Source of the DNA: a virus
Lineage: Duplodnaviria > Heunggongvirae > Uroviricota > Caudoviricetes
Strand: one strand, 5' to 3'
Length of the DNA stretch: 35,368 bases
IMG/VR virus record: IMGVR_UViG_2740892269_000014
The notes below the pieces were generated by a model. The model saw nothing but the letters and a program-made list of their open reading frames with translations, did not search any database and had not been told where the DNA came from. Positions 17,325 through 27,081 of this stretch are shown one piece after another. A program made the position numbers and the translations under genes. The first letter of the stretch is position 1. The number at the start of each line of letters is the position of its first letter.

Positions 17325-17461
17325 TGTCGCCATCATTACGCAAGGCTGTTGCTGCTGCTATTGGTGGTGGGGCTGTTGCCATAGCGTCTGTGCTCATCAC
17401 TGGTCCGAGTGGTGACGATGGCCTGGAAGGTGTCAGCTACATACCATACAAAGATATCGTT
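17324..17461 (+). CDS. SAR endolysin, 5' fragment (copy 1, truncated by N run)
   Basis: Identical to the first 138 nt of the endolysin gene at 18280. Confidence 0.6.
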
Positions 17462-17727
17462 NNNNNNNNNNNNNNNNNNNNNNNNNNNNNNNNNNNNNNN
17501 NNNNNNNNNNNNNNNNNNNNNNNNNNNNNNNNNNNNNNNNNNNNNNNNNNNNNNNNNNNNNNNNNNNNNNNNNNNNNNNNNNNNNNNNNNNNNNNNNNNN
17601 NNNNNNNNNNNNNNNNNNNNNNNNNNNNNNNNNNNNNNNNNNNNNNNNNNNNNNNNNNNNNNNNNNNNNNNNNNNNNNNNNNNNNNNNNNNNNNNNNNNN
17701 NNNNNNNNNNNNNNNNNNNNNNNNNNN
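17462..17727. other. N run (assembly gap), 266 nt
   Basis: Contiguous n characters flanked by duplicated sequence. Confidence 1.
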
Positions 17728-18417
17728 ATCAGTCTCCGTGCCTTATACCGATGTCTGGATGCATAAACCCGTTCAGTTCTACCCGGGTAAACATCCGTGT
17801 GAGAAACCTGCGGATATGCTCCGGCAAATAATCAATGCCAGTAGTCGACCTGGTGATCTGGTTGCTGATTTTTTTATGGGATCCGGTTCCACAATAAAAG
17901 CAGCAATGGCGCTGGGGCGTCGGGCCTTAGGTGTTGAGCTTGAGTCAGAGCGGTTTAACCAGACAGTGAAAGAGATAAACGAGCTGGTGGGGAAATAATC
18001 TGGTGGCCACGTAGGTGGCCTTTTTATTTCCATTACACAGCACCCGCATCTGCGAGGTGGGGTTATGAAATCCATGGATAAGTTAACAACGGGTGTCGCC
18101 TATGGCACCTCAGCAGGTAGTGCCGGGTACTGGTTTTTACAGTTGCTCGATAAAGTCACGCCCTCACAGTGGGCGGCAATAGGTGTGCTGGGTAGTCTGG
18201 TATTTGGCTTGCTGACGTATCTGACAAACCTTTATTTCAAGATTAAAGAAGATAAGCGTAAGGCTGCGAGAGGTGAATAATGTCGCCATCATTACGCAAG
18301 GCTGTTGCTGCTGCTATTGGTGGTGGGGCTGTTGCCATAGCGTCTGTGCTCATCACTGGTCCGAGTGGTGACGATGGCCTGGAAGGTGTCAGCTACATAC
18401 CATACAAAGATATCGTT
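17728..18417 (+). repeat. exact 690-bp duplicate of 16772-17461 (methyltransferase 3' end, terminator, holin, endolysin 5' end)
   Basis: Feature starts are offset by exactly 956 bp (17109 vs 18065; 17324 vs 18280), and the bases just before the gap match those at 18408-18417. Confidence 0.9.
18065..18280 (+). CDS. class II holin, phage 21 S-type pinholin (copy 2)
   Basis: Same sequence as 17109-17324. Confidence 0.8.
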
Positions 18418-18777
18418 GGCGTATGGACTGTATGTCACGGACACACCGGAAAAGACATCATGCTAGGTAAAACGTATACCGAAGCAGAATGCAAAGCCCT
18501 CCAGAATAAAGACCTTGCCACGGTCGCCAGACAAATTAACCCGTACATCAAAGTCGATATACCGGAAACAACGCGCGGCGCTCTTTACTCGTTCGTCTAC
18601 AACGTGGGTGCTGGCAATTTCAGAACATCGACGCTTCTTCGCAAAATAAACCAGGGCGATATCAAAGGCGCATGTGACCAGCTACGTCGCTGGACATACG
18701 CTGGCGGTAAGCAATGGAAAGGCCTGATGACTCGTCGTGAGATTGAGCGTGAAGTCTGTTTGTGGGGGCAACAATGA
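18280..18777 (+). CDS. SAR (signal-anchor-release) endolysin, lysozyme family
   Basis: N-terminal Gly/Ala-rich weak transmembrane segment ([20 protein letters not shown]) followed by a lysozyme-like domain; 165 aa. Confidence 0.8.
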   Translation: MSPSLRKAVAAAIGGGAVAIASVLITGPSGDDGLEGVSYIPYKDIVGVWTVCHGHTGKDIMLGKTYTEAECKALQNKDLATVARQINPYIKVDIPETTRGALYSFVYNVGAGNFRTSTLLRKINQGDIKGACDQLRRWTYAGGKQWKGLMTRREIEREVCLWGQQ

Positions 18778-19241
18778 GCAGAGTAACCGCGATTATCTCC
18801 GCTCTGGTTATCTGCATCATCGTCTGCCTGTCGTGGGCGGTCAATCATTACCGTGATAACGCCATCGCCTACAAAGAACAGCGTGATAAAAAAGTCAGTG
18901 AGCTGAAGCAGGCGACCGCCACCATCGCTGACATGCAGCAGCGTCAGCGTGATGTTGCTGCGATCGATGCAAAATACACGAAGGAGTTAGCCGATGCGAA
19001 AACTGAAAATGAAACTCTGCACGCTGATGTTGCCGCTGGTCGTAAGCGCCTGCGGGTCAATGCCAGTTGCTCCGCAGCCGTGCGTGAAGCCACCGGACCC
19101 ACCAGCATGGATAATGCAACCAGCCCCCGACTGGCAGACACCGCTGAACGGGATTATTTCACCCTCAGAGAACGGTTGATGACGATGCAGAAGCAACTGG
19201 AAGGGGCGCAGGAATATATCCGCACCCAGCGCATTAAGTAG
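18774..19241 (+). CDS. Rz-like inner-membrane spanin
   Basis: N-terminal transmembrane segment ([20 protein letters not shown]) and coiled-coil periplasmic region; ATGA overlap with the endolysin. Confidence 0.7.
   Translation: MSRVTAIISALVICIIVCLSWAVNHYRDNAIAYKEQRDKKVSELKQATATIADMQQRQRDVAAIDAKYTKELADAKTENETLHADVAAGRKRLRVNASCSAAVREATGPTSMDNATSPRLADTAERDYFTLRERLMTMQKQLEGAQEYIRTQRIK
18994..19179 (+). CDS. Rz1-like outer-membrane lipoprotein spanin, embedded in Rz in the +1 frame
   Basis: Lipobox LVVSAC and Pro-rich mature region, fully nested inside the Rz reading frame. Confidence 0.6.
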   Translation: MRKLKMKLCTLMLPLVVSACGSMPVAPQPCVKPPDPPAWIMQPAPDWQTPLNGIISPSENG

Positions 19242-19262
19242 CTGGAGAAAAAACACGAATCT

Positions 19263-19625
19263 GTGGTTTTTACTGAGCGCGGTGTACACGGTGGAACATA
19301 TGGCGGGAAGTTTGTTGCTTATGATTATGCAGCATGGCTAAACCCCGGATTTAAATATGCAGCCTATAAAGTCCTGGATGACTACTTCACCGGAGAACTT
19401 CAGCATCGCAACAGCTTAAGTGCGCAGCTCAATATGAAGTGTCATGAGTTTGATCAGAAAAAAGATATGGCGAGCTTCTGTGGACAAGGGCTGGCGGCAT
19501 GGCGCTATACGAAGCCAGTGTTGGTCGCTGAGATTAACTCCCTGGCTAACCAGCTGCAGATAACGATCCCCGGGCTGTCCGGTATTTGCCGGTATGAAAT
19601 TACCGGAAGGCGCGGTCGTTACTGA
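19263..19625 (+). CDS. hypothetical protein
   Basis: 120-aa ORF (GTG start) between the lysis and packaging modules; followed by a 7-bp hairpin at 19644-19666. Confidence 0.4.
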   Translation: MVFTERGVHGGTYGGKFVAYDYAAWLNPGFKYAAYKVLDDYFTGELQHRNSLSAQLNMKCHEFDQKKDMASFCGQGLAAWRYTKPVLVAEINSLANQLQITIPGLSGICRYEITGRRGRY

Positions 19626-20088
19626 GTAACAGCAGGCATTACAGCAGCCCTTCACTGAGGGGCTGCGATAATGTGAGGAATAAAAAACCGGCAGGGGAAA
19701 TCCATTGAAGATTTGCCGGTGGCAAAAGATGGCCATGCTTTTAACCTTAGTAGCAGAGTTACGGAGTTCAACAACGACCGTCGCCGTTATCTTGCTGAAA
19801 GGCGTTTCAATGATTTTCATCAATTTATTCATCAGCAATGGTGATAATCACTCTCATTTTGGCGGGTCCTTCCGGTGGGGTGGCCTGCCACGGGGCGGGA
19901 GCGTCGCGGAAAAAGGCTAGTTTTTGCATTTCCATGGCGGCGGCAGCATGTTAGGTAATTTATTGATAATTAAAAGTTATTTCTCTTTTCACCTGTACAA
20001 TATTTTTTTCTCCCTGTCATTAGACCAGTTTTCAATTAATTGAAATATATAAATAAACCTGATTTTCACCTGCCAGATGGAGTTGCTT

Positions 20089-20625
20089 ATGTCAAATGTG
20101 AGCGGGATCGGTGATGCTTATTACTGGAGTGTTTTTAAAATCGCCGAGGCCTTTGGGCTTCACCGGGACACAGTAAAAAAACGGCTCCTCGCGGCCAACA
20201 CTCCTGTGGCAGCGACTGTCAGGGGGAACCCCGTTTACGCCCTGCAGCATGTCGGGCCTGCCCTGTTTAGTGTGAAGCATGAGGCAGCAGACTCTGTTCA
20301 TGATCCATCCCGTATGGAGCCGAAAGAGAGAAAGGATTGGTACCAGTCTGAAAATGAAAGGATCAAGCTGGAAAAGGAGCAGCGAAAACTCATCCCCGTT
20401 GATGAAGTAGTCATCGTCTATTCGTCCATGAGAAAGGCTGTCGTCCAGGTTCTGGAGACAATTCCGGATGTTCTTGAACGCGATTGCGCCCTGACTCCTC
20501 AGGCCGTCGGCGTTGTACAGCAGGCCATTGATGACCTGCGATACACTCTTCAGGAAAAATCCTACGAGGCTTGTGCTGCTGAATTAATTCCTGATGAGGA
20601 AGGAGAGAGTCTCCAGGAGGAATAA
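20089..20625 (+). CDS. terminase small subunit (Nu1-like, N-terminal HTH)
   Basis: Start MSNVSGI with GGAG RBS; sits directly upstream of and overlapping the large terminase; acidic C-terminus. Confidence 0.55.
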   Translation: MSNVSGIGDAYYWSVFKIAEAFGLHRDTVKKRLLAANTPVAATVRGNPVYALQHVGPALFSVKHEAADSVHDPSRMEPKERKDWYQSENERIKLEKEQRKLIPVDEVVIVYSSMRKAVVQVLETIPDVLERDCALTPQAVGVVQQAIDDLRYTLQEKSYEACAAELIPDEEGESLQEE

Positions 20626-22724
20626 TGGGTTTTTCATCAGCCCGAAATTTGGGAAGGGACATATCGGCAGGATTTTCCCCACCACGTCGCATGCCGATTT
20701 CGGAGGCTGTTAAAAAATTCATGCGTGTTCCCAAGGGGGCTGGTAACTCGGTGCCATGGGATCCTGAACTGACACCCTACATCATTGAGCCCATGAACTG
20801 CCTGGCATCGCGTGAATACGATGCGGTGATTTTTGTTGGTCCTGCGCGAACAGGGAAGACCATTGGTCTGATCGATGGATGGATTGTCTATACCATCGTT
20901 TGCGATCCTTCGGACATGCTCGTTGTGCAGATGACCGAAGATAAGGCCCGCGAGCATTCTAAAAAGCGCCTCGACAGAACGTTCAGAAGCAGTGCGGCGG
21001 TAAAGAAAAGAATGAGTCCACGTCGTAACGACAATAATGTTCATGATAAGACGTTCAGGGATGGCTCGTTCCTTAAAATTGGTTGGCCCTCGGTCAACAT
21101 TATGTCGTCGTCGGATTACCGGTTTGTCGCCTTAACCGATTACGACCGTTTTCCGGAGAATATCGACAGCGAGGGTGATGGTTTCTCCCTGGCCTCAAAA
21201 CGTACCACCACATTTATGTCCGCCGGGATGACTCTGGTGGAGAGCTCGCCGGGACGTGACATCTGCGACAGCAAATGGCGACGTAAGTCGCCTCATGAAG
21301 CGCCACCGACGACTGGTATTCTTTCCCTTTACAATCGTGGTGACCGCCGCCGCTGGTACTGGCCATGTCCGCACTGCGGTGAATATTTTCAGCCAGCCAT
21401 GGATGCCATGACCGGCTACCGTAATGAACCGGATCCCTTTAAAGCCAGTGAGGCGGCGTATCTACTTTGCCCGCACTGCAGCGGCATTATCACTGCGGAG
21501 AAAAAGCGTGAGCTCAATAGTGCAGGAGTCTGGTTGCGTGAAGGTCAGGTCATTGATCGTAACGGCAACGTTTCCGGTGAACCGCGCCGCTCCCGTATCG
21601 CCAGTTTCTGGATGGAAGGGCCAGCTGCTGCGTATCAGACCTGGGCGCAACTGGTTTACAAATTACTGACTGCAGAACAGGAGTATGAAGCGACAGGAAG
21701 CGAAGAAACACTCAGGGCGGTTATCAACACCGACTGGGGATTGCCTTATCTTCCTCGTGCCAGCATGGAGCAACGAAAAAGTGAACTGCTTGAGCAGCGG
21801 GCAGAGCCAGTTCCTTCCCGCAGTGTGCCGGATGGCGTTAATTTCCTTGTGGCGACAGTGGATGTGCAGGCGGGACGTCATCGCCGTTTTGTGGTTCAGG
21901 TAACAGGCTATGGCAGTCGTGGCGAACGCTGGATTATTGATCGTTACAACATCACGCAGTCATTGCGCAGTGACTGCGACGGGGAGAGCCAGCGAATTGA
22001 TCCGGCCAGCTATCCGGAAGACTGGGATGTCCTGCTGACAGATGTTTTTCATAAAAGCTGGCCGCTGGCCTCCGATCCTTCTCAACAAATGCGACTTATG
22101 GCAATGGCGGTGGACTCCGGCGGTGAAGACGGGGTCACTGATAATGCCTATAAATTCTGGCGTCGTTGCCGTCGTGATGGCCTTGGTAAACGTATTTACC
22201 TGTTTAAGGGCGACAGCATCCGGCGCGCAAAACTGATCAGCCGTACATTCCCTGATAACACCGGACGAACGGGCCGACGGGCGCAGGCCGCAGGTGATGT
22301 GCCGCTCTGGCTTCTTCAGACGGATGCCCTGAAAGACCGGGTGAATAACGCGTTATGGCGTAACTCGCCAGGTCCTGGCTATGTGCATTTCCCTGACTGG
22401 CTGGGGAGCTGGTTTTACGACGAACTGACGTATGAAGAGCGGAGCAGTGACGGGAAATGGAGTAAGCCGGGTCGCGGTGCCAACGAAGCTTTTGACCTGA
22501 TGGTGTATGCCGAGGCTCTGGTCATTCTGCATGGATACGAAAAGATCCGCTGGCCGGATGCACCGGAGTGGGCGAGCCGGGAAACCTGGCTGGAGTGTGT
22601 CCCGGACAGTACCGAACCGTCACCCTCACCGGAACCGGTATCCACGCCTGTTAAAAAACAAAAACGGAAGAAAACAGTAACTGACGATGTTAACCCCTGG
22701 CTGACTTCCGGAGGATGGTTATGA
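20625..22724 (+). CDS. terminase large subunit (lambda gpA-like)
   Basis: 699-aa ORF with Walker A-like motif VIFVGPARTGKT; TAATG overlap with the small subunit. Confidence 0.8.
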   Translation: MGFSSARNLGRDISAGFSPPRRMPISEAVKKFMRVPKGAGNSVPWDPELTPYIIEPMNCLASREYDAVIFVGPARTGKTIGLIDGWIVYTIVCDPSDMLVVQMTEDKAREHSKKRLDRTFRSSAAVKKRMSPRRNDNNVHDKTFRDGSFLKIGWPSVNIMSSSDYRFVALTDYDRFPENIDSEGDGFSLASKRTTTFMSAGMTLVESSPGRDICDSKWRRKSPHEAPPTTGILSLYNRGDRRRWYWPCPHCGEYFQPAMDAMTGYRNEPDPFKASEAAYLLCPHCSGIITAEKKRELNSAGVWLREGQVIDRNGNVSGEPRRSRIASFWMEGPAAAYQTWAQLVYKLLTAEQEYEATGSEETLRAVINTDWGLPYLPRASMEQRKSELLEQRAEPVPSRSVPDGVNFLVATVDVQAGRHRRFVVQVTGYGSRGERWIIDRYNITQSLRSDCDGESQRIDPASYPEDWDVLLTDVFHKSWPLASDPSQQMRLMAMAVDSGGEDGVTDNAYKFWRRCRRDGLGKRIYLFKGDSIRRAKLISRTFPDNTGRTGRRAQAAGDVPLWLLQTDALKDRVNNALWRNSPGPGYVHFPDWLGSWFYDELTYEERSSDGKWSKPGRGANEAFDLMVYAEALVILHGYEKIRWPDAPEWASRETWLECVPDSTEPSPSPEPVSTPVKKQKRKKTVTDDVNPWLTSGGWL

Positions 22725-22933
22725 ATCAGAATGATATTGAAGCCATGATTCAGCGTTATACGGAAGCTGAAATGGCGGTGCTGGACGGAAAATCCGTCAC
22801 TTTTAATGGTCAGCAGATGACCATGGAAAACTTATCTGAGATCCGGCAGGGGCGGCAGGAGTGGGAGCGCCGCCTTGCGGCTCTGATTACACGACGACGT
22901 GGGCATCCCGGGTACCGGCTGGCGAGGTTCTGA
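22721..22933 (+). CDS. W: head-tail joining protein (gpW-like)
   Basis: About 70 aa; C-terminal ITRRRGHPGY resembles lambda gpW (RRRGPAGF); ATGA overlap with the terminase. Confidence 0.6.
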   Translation: MNQNDIEAMIQRYTEAEMAVLDGKSVTFNGQQMTMENLSEIRQGRQEWERRLAALITRRRGHPGYRLARF

Positions 22934-24408
22934 TGGCAATTCTTGATGATGTGATTGGCGTTTTTTCACCAGGATGGAAAGCGGCAAGGCTGCGTTCCCG
23001 TGCGGTGATCCAGGCTTATGAGGCCGTAAAAACGACGCGGACACACAAAGCCCGACGGGAGAACCGAACTGCCGACCAGTTAAGCCAGTACGGGGCCGTG
23101 TCGTTACGTGAGCAGGCCCGTTACCTTGATAACAACCACGATCTGGTCATTGGTGTATTTGACAAGCTGGAAGAACGGGTGGTGGGGAAAAACGGGATTA
23201 TTGTCGAGCCACATCCGGTATTACGCAATGGGGCCATTGCCCGTGATCTGGCAGCGGAGATACGTACCCGATGGAGTGAATGGTCTGTCAGTCCGGAGGT
23301 CACCGGGCAGTTTACCCGTCCGATGCTGGAACGTCTGATGCTGCGTACCTGGCTGCGCGATGGTGAGGTGTTTGCCCAGATGGTTTCCGGGCGCATAAAC
23401 AGCCTGACGCCTTCTGCCGGTGTTCATTTCTGGCTGGAGGCGCTCGAGCCGGACTTTATTCCCATGACCAGTGATGAGAGTAACAGGCTGAATCAGGGCG
23501 TGTTTGTTGATGACTGGGGGCGTCCCGAAAAATATCTGGTGTATAAAAGTCGTCCTGTATCCGGACGGCAGATGGAAACCAAAGAAGTGGATGCAGAGCG
23601 AATGCTGCATCTTAAATTTGTTCGCCGTCTGCACCAGATGCGCGGGACGTCTTTATTGTCCGGTGTGCTGATCCGCCTCAGCGCCCTGAAAGAGTATGAA
23701 GATTCTGAGCTGACTGCAGCAAGGGTCGCCGCTGCTCTGGGGATGTACATCCGCAAAGGCGACGGACAGAGCTATGAAACGGATGGTAATTACAGCAAGG
23801 AGAATGAACGCGAGCTTACCATTCAGCCAGGCATTATTTACGACGATCTGAAACCCGGCGAAGAAATCGGAATGGTGAAGTCGGATCGCCCAAATCCTAA
23901 CCTTGAAACTTTTCGTAATGCTCAGTTGCGTGCCGTGGCGGCGGGCAGTCGTCTGAGTTTTTCCAGTACAGCGCGCAACTATAACGGCACTTACAGCGCC
24001 CAGCGTCAGGAGCTGGTTGAATCCACTGATGGCTACCTGATCCTGCAGGACTGGTTTATTGGTGCCGTCACCCGCCCGATGTATCGTGCCTGGCTGAAAC
24101 AGGCTGTGGCATCCGGTGTTATCAGGCTACCCCGCGATCTTGACCGTTCTTCACTGTATACCGCGGTGTATTCCGGACCGGTGATGCCGTGGATTGATCC
24201 TGTTAAGGAGGCTGAGGCCTGGAAAATCCAGATTCGTGGTGGAGCGGCGACAGAATCAGACTGGGTACGTGCAGGTGGTCGTAATCCGGATGATGTCAAA
24301 CGTCGGCGCAAGGCCGAAATTGATGAAAACCGCAAGCTGGACCTGGTATTTGATACCGATCCGGCCAGTGATAAAGGAGGCAGCAGTGCCGCAACGAAAC
24401 GACAGTAG
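22933..24408 (+). CDS. portal protein (lambda gpB-like)
   Basis: Start MAILDDVIGVF overlapping the W stop (TGATG); about 490 aa; position after the terminase and W-like gene. Confidence 0.75.
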   Translation: MAILDDVIGVFSPGWKAARLRSRAVIQAYEAVKTTRTHKARRENRTADQLSQYGAVSLREQARYLDNNHDLVIGVFDKLEERVVGKNGIIVEPHPVLRNGAIARDLAAEIRTRWSEWSVSPEVTGQFTRPMLERLMLRTWLRDGEVFAQMVSGRINSLTPSAGVHFWLEALEPDFIPMTSDESNRLNQGVFVDDWGRPEKYLVYKSRPVSGRQMETKEVDAERMLHLKFVRRLHQMRGTSLLSGVLIRLSALKEYEDSELTAARVAAALGMYIRKGDGQSYETDGNYSKENERELTIQPGIIYDDLKPGEEIGMVKSDRPNPNLETFRNAQLRAVAAGSRLSFSSTARNYNGTYSAQRQELVESTDGYLILQDWFIGAVTRPMYRAWLKQAVASGVIRLPRDLDRSSLYTAVYSGPVMPWIDPVKEAEAWKIQIRGGAATESDWVRAGGRNPDDVKRRRKAEIDENRKLDLVFDTDPASDKGGSSAATKRQ

Positions 24409-26392
24409 CCGCAGTACACCGACGACCAGTCCGAAGAATAATTCCTGGTTCAGGATGCAGGCTGGTCACCAGAGTGACGCGGATATTTATATTTATGACG
24501 AGATTGGTTTCTGGGGTGTTACAGCGAAGCAGTTTATCAGTGATCTGAATGCACTGGGCGATATCACCCACATTAATCTCCATATCAATTCACCGGGTGG
24601 CGATGTCTTTGAAGGCATCGCCATTTTTAATGCGCTGAAAACACATGGTGCGTCCATTACCGTTTATGTCGACGGTGTGGCGGCATCAATGGCGTCGGTC
24701 ATTGCGATGGTGGGAAACCCGGTCATTATGCCGGAAANNNNNNNNNNNNNNNNNNNNNNNNNNNNNNNNNNNNNNNNNNNNNNNNNNNNNNNNNNNNNNN
24801 NNNNNNNNNNNNNNNNNNNNNNNNNNNNNNNNNNNNNNNNNNNNNNNNNNNNNNNNNNNNNNNNNNNNNNNNNNNNNNNNNNNNNNNNNNNNNNNNNNNN
24901 NNNNNNNNNNNNNNNNNNNNNNNNNNNNNNNNNNNNNNNNNNNNNNNNNNNNNNNNNNNNNNNNNNNNNNAAACGTACAGAGGAATTTAAAAAGATGCCG
25001 GAATCCATTCGAAACATGATTACTCCGCCACGCAACAGTGCTCCACGCGTACAGGATAATGAACCTGCAGCTTCCCGGACGCCAGTGCAGGCAGCAGCAC
25101 CCGTGGTGGATGAAAACAGTATCCGTGCGCAGGTACTGGCAGAGCAAAAAGCGCGTGTAAACGGTATTAATGATCTGTTTGCCATGTTTGGCGGGCGTTA
25201 TCAGACGCTGCAGGCTCAGTGTCTTGCCGATCCTGAATGTTCGCTGGAGCAGGCCCGCGAAAAGCTGTTGAACGAGATGGGGCGCGAGTCCACGCCATCC
25301 AATAAAAATACCCCGGCTCATATTTATGCCGGTAACGGTAATTTTGTGGGGGACGGGATCCGCCAGGCGCTGATGGCGCGTGCCGGATTTGAAAAAACCG
25401 AACGTGATAATGTCTACAACGGGATGACCCTGCGTGAATATGCCCGTATGTCACTGACTGAACGGGGTATTGGGGTTTCCAGTTATAACCCGATGCAGAT
25501 GGTCGGTGCGGCGTTCACACACAGTACGTCTGACTTCGGTAATATTCTGCTGGATGTTGCGAACAAAGCCATTCTGCAGGGCTGGGAAGATGCCCCTGAA
25601 ACCTATGAACAGTGGACGCGGAAAGGTCAGTTGTCTGATTTTAAAATTGCCCATCGTGTGGGTATGGGGGGCTTCAGTGCTCTGCGTCAGGTGCGTGAAG
25701 GGGCGGAATATAAATACGTCACCACCGGAGATAAACAGGCCACTATTGCACTGGCGACCTATGGCGAGCTGTTCAGTATCACCCGTCAGGCCATTATCAA
25801 TGATGATCTGAATATGCTGACCGATGTCCCGATGAAACTGGGCCGTGCGGCGAAATCCACCATTGCCGATCTGGTTTATGCCATTCTGACGTCTAACCCG
25901 AAAATCTCCACAGATAATGTAAGTCTGTTCGATAAAGCGAAACATGCAAACGTACTGGAGAGCGCTGCAATGGACGTGGCATCGCTGGATAAAGCCCGCC
26001 AGTTGATGCGCGTTCAGAAAGAGGGTGAGCGTCATCTGAATATTCGTCCTGCGTTCGTACTGGTACCGACGGCGATGGAGTCTGTTGCTAACCAGGTCAT
26101 TCGCTCCTCAAGTGTCAAGGGGGCTGACATTAACGCCGGTATTATTAACCCGGTGAAAGATTTTGCGACCGTTATTGCAGAGCCTCGTCTTGATGATAAC
26201 AGCCAGACCACCTTCTACCTGGCTGCGTCCAAAGGCTCCGATACGATTGAAGTGGCTTATCTCAACGGTGTGGATACGCCATATATTGATCAGATGGAGG
26301 GCTTCAGTGTGGATGGCGTGACAACGAAAGTGCGTATTGACGCCGGTGTCGCGCCAGTTGATCACCGCGGTCTGGTGAAATGTACGGCGTAA
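24386..26392 (+). CDS. tripartite capsid precursor (ClpP-like prohead protease, scaffold, major capsid protein), interrupted by an N run
   Basis: GTG start at 24386 with AAGGAGG RBS (24374-24380); ClpP-like N-terminal domain (HINLHINSPGGDVFEGIAIFNALK...ASMASVIAM); capsid-sized C-terminal domain; frame continuity across the N block is not meaningful. Confidence 0.6.
   Translation: MPQRNDSSRSTPTTSPKNNSWFRMQAGHQSDADIYIYDEIGFWGVTAKQFISDLNALGDITHINLHINSPGGDVFEGIAIFNALKTHGASITVYVDGVAASMASVIAMVGNPVIMPEXXXXXXXXXXXXXXXXXXXXXXXXXXXXXXXXXXXXXXXXXXXXXXXXXXXXXXXXXXXXXXXXXXXXXXXXXXXXXXKRTEEFKKMPESIRNMITPPRNSAPRVQDNEPAASRTPVQAAAPVVDENSIRAQVLAEQKARVNGINDLFAMFGGRYQTLQAQCLADPECSLEQAREKLLNEMGRESTPSNKNTPAHIYAGNGNFVGDGIRQALMARAGFEKTERDNVYNGMTLREYARMSLTERGIGVSSYNPMQMVGAAFTHSTSDFGNILLDVANKAILQGWEDAPETYEQWTRKGQLSDFKIAHRVGMGGFSALRQVREGAEYKYVTTGDKQATIALATYGELFSITRQAIINDDLNMLTDVPMKLGRAAKSTIADLVYAILTSNPKISTDNVSLFDKAKHANVLESAAMDVASLDKARQLMRVQKEGERHLNIRPAFVLVPTAMESVANQVIRSSSVKGADINAGIINPVKDFATVIAEPRLDDNSQTTFYLAASKGSDTIEVAYLNGVDTPYIDQMEGFSVDGVTTKVRIDAGVAPVDHRGLVKCTA
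24738..24970. other. N run (gap or masked sequence), 233 nt, inside the capsid gene
   Basis: Contiguous n characters. Confidence 1.
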
Positions 26393-26478
26393 ACGTCGCA
26401 GACAACAACTCTGATGGCCCGTAAGGGCTTTTTTTGTACCTGAAATCAGCCCCTGAACGGGGCTGTGCGGAGACAGTT

Positions 26479-26802
26479 ATGGCAAAGAATTTTGTAGAAG
26501 AAGGAAAAACGGTGGCGATTGTTGCCAGTGCAGCCATCAGCAGCGGAGATCTGGTGCAGGTGGGTGATGTTTTTGCGGTAGCGCTGACCGATATTCCACA
26601 GGGTGAAACAGGCGACGGCCTGACCGAAGGTGTGTTTATGCTGCCTAAGCTGAAAACGGATGACATGAAAACGGGTAAGAAGGTTTATCTGAAGTCCGGA
26701 AAAGTTCAGTTGACTAACAGCGGCTCTGATCCGCTGGTCGGGGTTGTCTGGGCAGATGCCGGAACCAGTGCAGAAGAAGTGCCGGTAAAACTCAATGTCT
26801 GA
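26479..26802 (+). CDS. putative capsid decoration/cement protein (DUF2190-like)
   Basis: Start MAKNFVEEGKT with GGAG RBS; about 107 aa, directly after the capsid gene. Confidence 0.45.
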   Translation: MAKNFVEEGKTVAIVASAAISSGDLVQVGDVFAVALTDIPQGETGDGLTEGVFMLPKLKTDDMKTGKKVYLKSGKVQLTNSGSDPLVGVVWADAGTSAEEVPVKLNV

Positions 26803-27070
26803 TCCCTTTTCCCGGCTGGCAGCGCGTATGGATGCGACCACGGTCAGAAAGATGGGAAAGACAGCCTCGATTAATGATGTCGATATGACTGTGATCCCGG
26901 GAGAAACACTGGCAGAGCTGAATGCTCTGTCCGGACCTGCGGTCTCTCTGGTGGTGTTTTCTTCGGGATACCGCCCACGGCGCGGGGATCGCGTTGTTTA
27001 TGACGGACAACAATGGACGGTCACACGGCATGAACGCTTTAACGGTAAGCCAATGATCTTTATTGAGTAA
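26795..27070 (+). CDS. head-tail attachment protein (lambda FII-like)
   Basis: 91 aa; C-terminal RRGDRVVYDGQQWTVTRHE parallels lambda FII RRGDTLTIGEENFWVDRV as recalled. Confidence 0.5.
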   Translation: MSDPFSRLAARMDATTVRKMGKTASINDVDMTVIPGETLAELNALSGPAVSLVVFSSGYRPRRGDRVVYDGQQWTVTRHERFNGKPMIFIE

Positions 27071-27081
27071 AGAGGTGTGGG

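Noticed and set aside
15590-17998. ORFs that read through N runs (15590..16021, 15679..15993, 17324..17998, 17409..17831, 24645..25019, and the minus-strand ORFs across 24664..25321 and 32554..32987)
   Set aside because: Their length comes from translating N as X with no stops; only the flanking real sequence was used for annotation.
17728-17998. Second methyltransferase 3' fragment as a separate gene
   Set aside because: It is an exact duplicate of 16772-17042 inside the repeated block, most likely an assembly artefact rather than a pseudogene.
24194-24385. Upstream extension of the capsid ORF (start at 24194) overlapping the portal gene
   Set aside because: A strong AAGGAGG RBS precedes the GTG at 24386 and the extension overlaps the portal 3' end in another frame; the shorter start is preferred.
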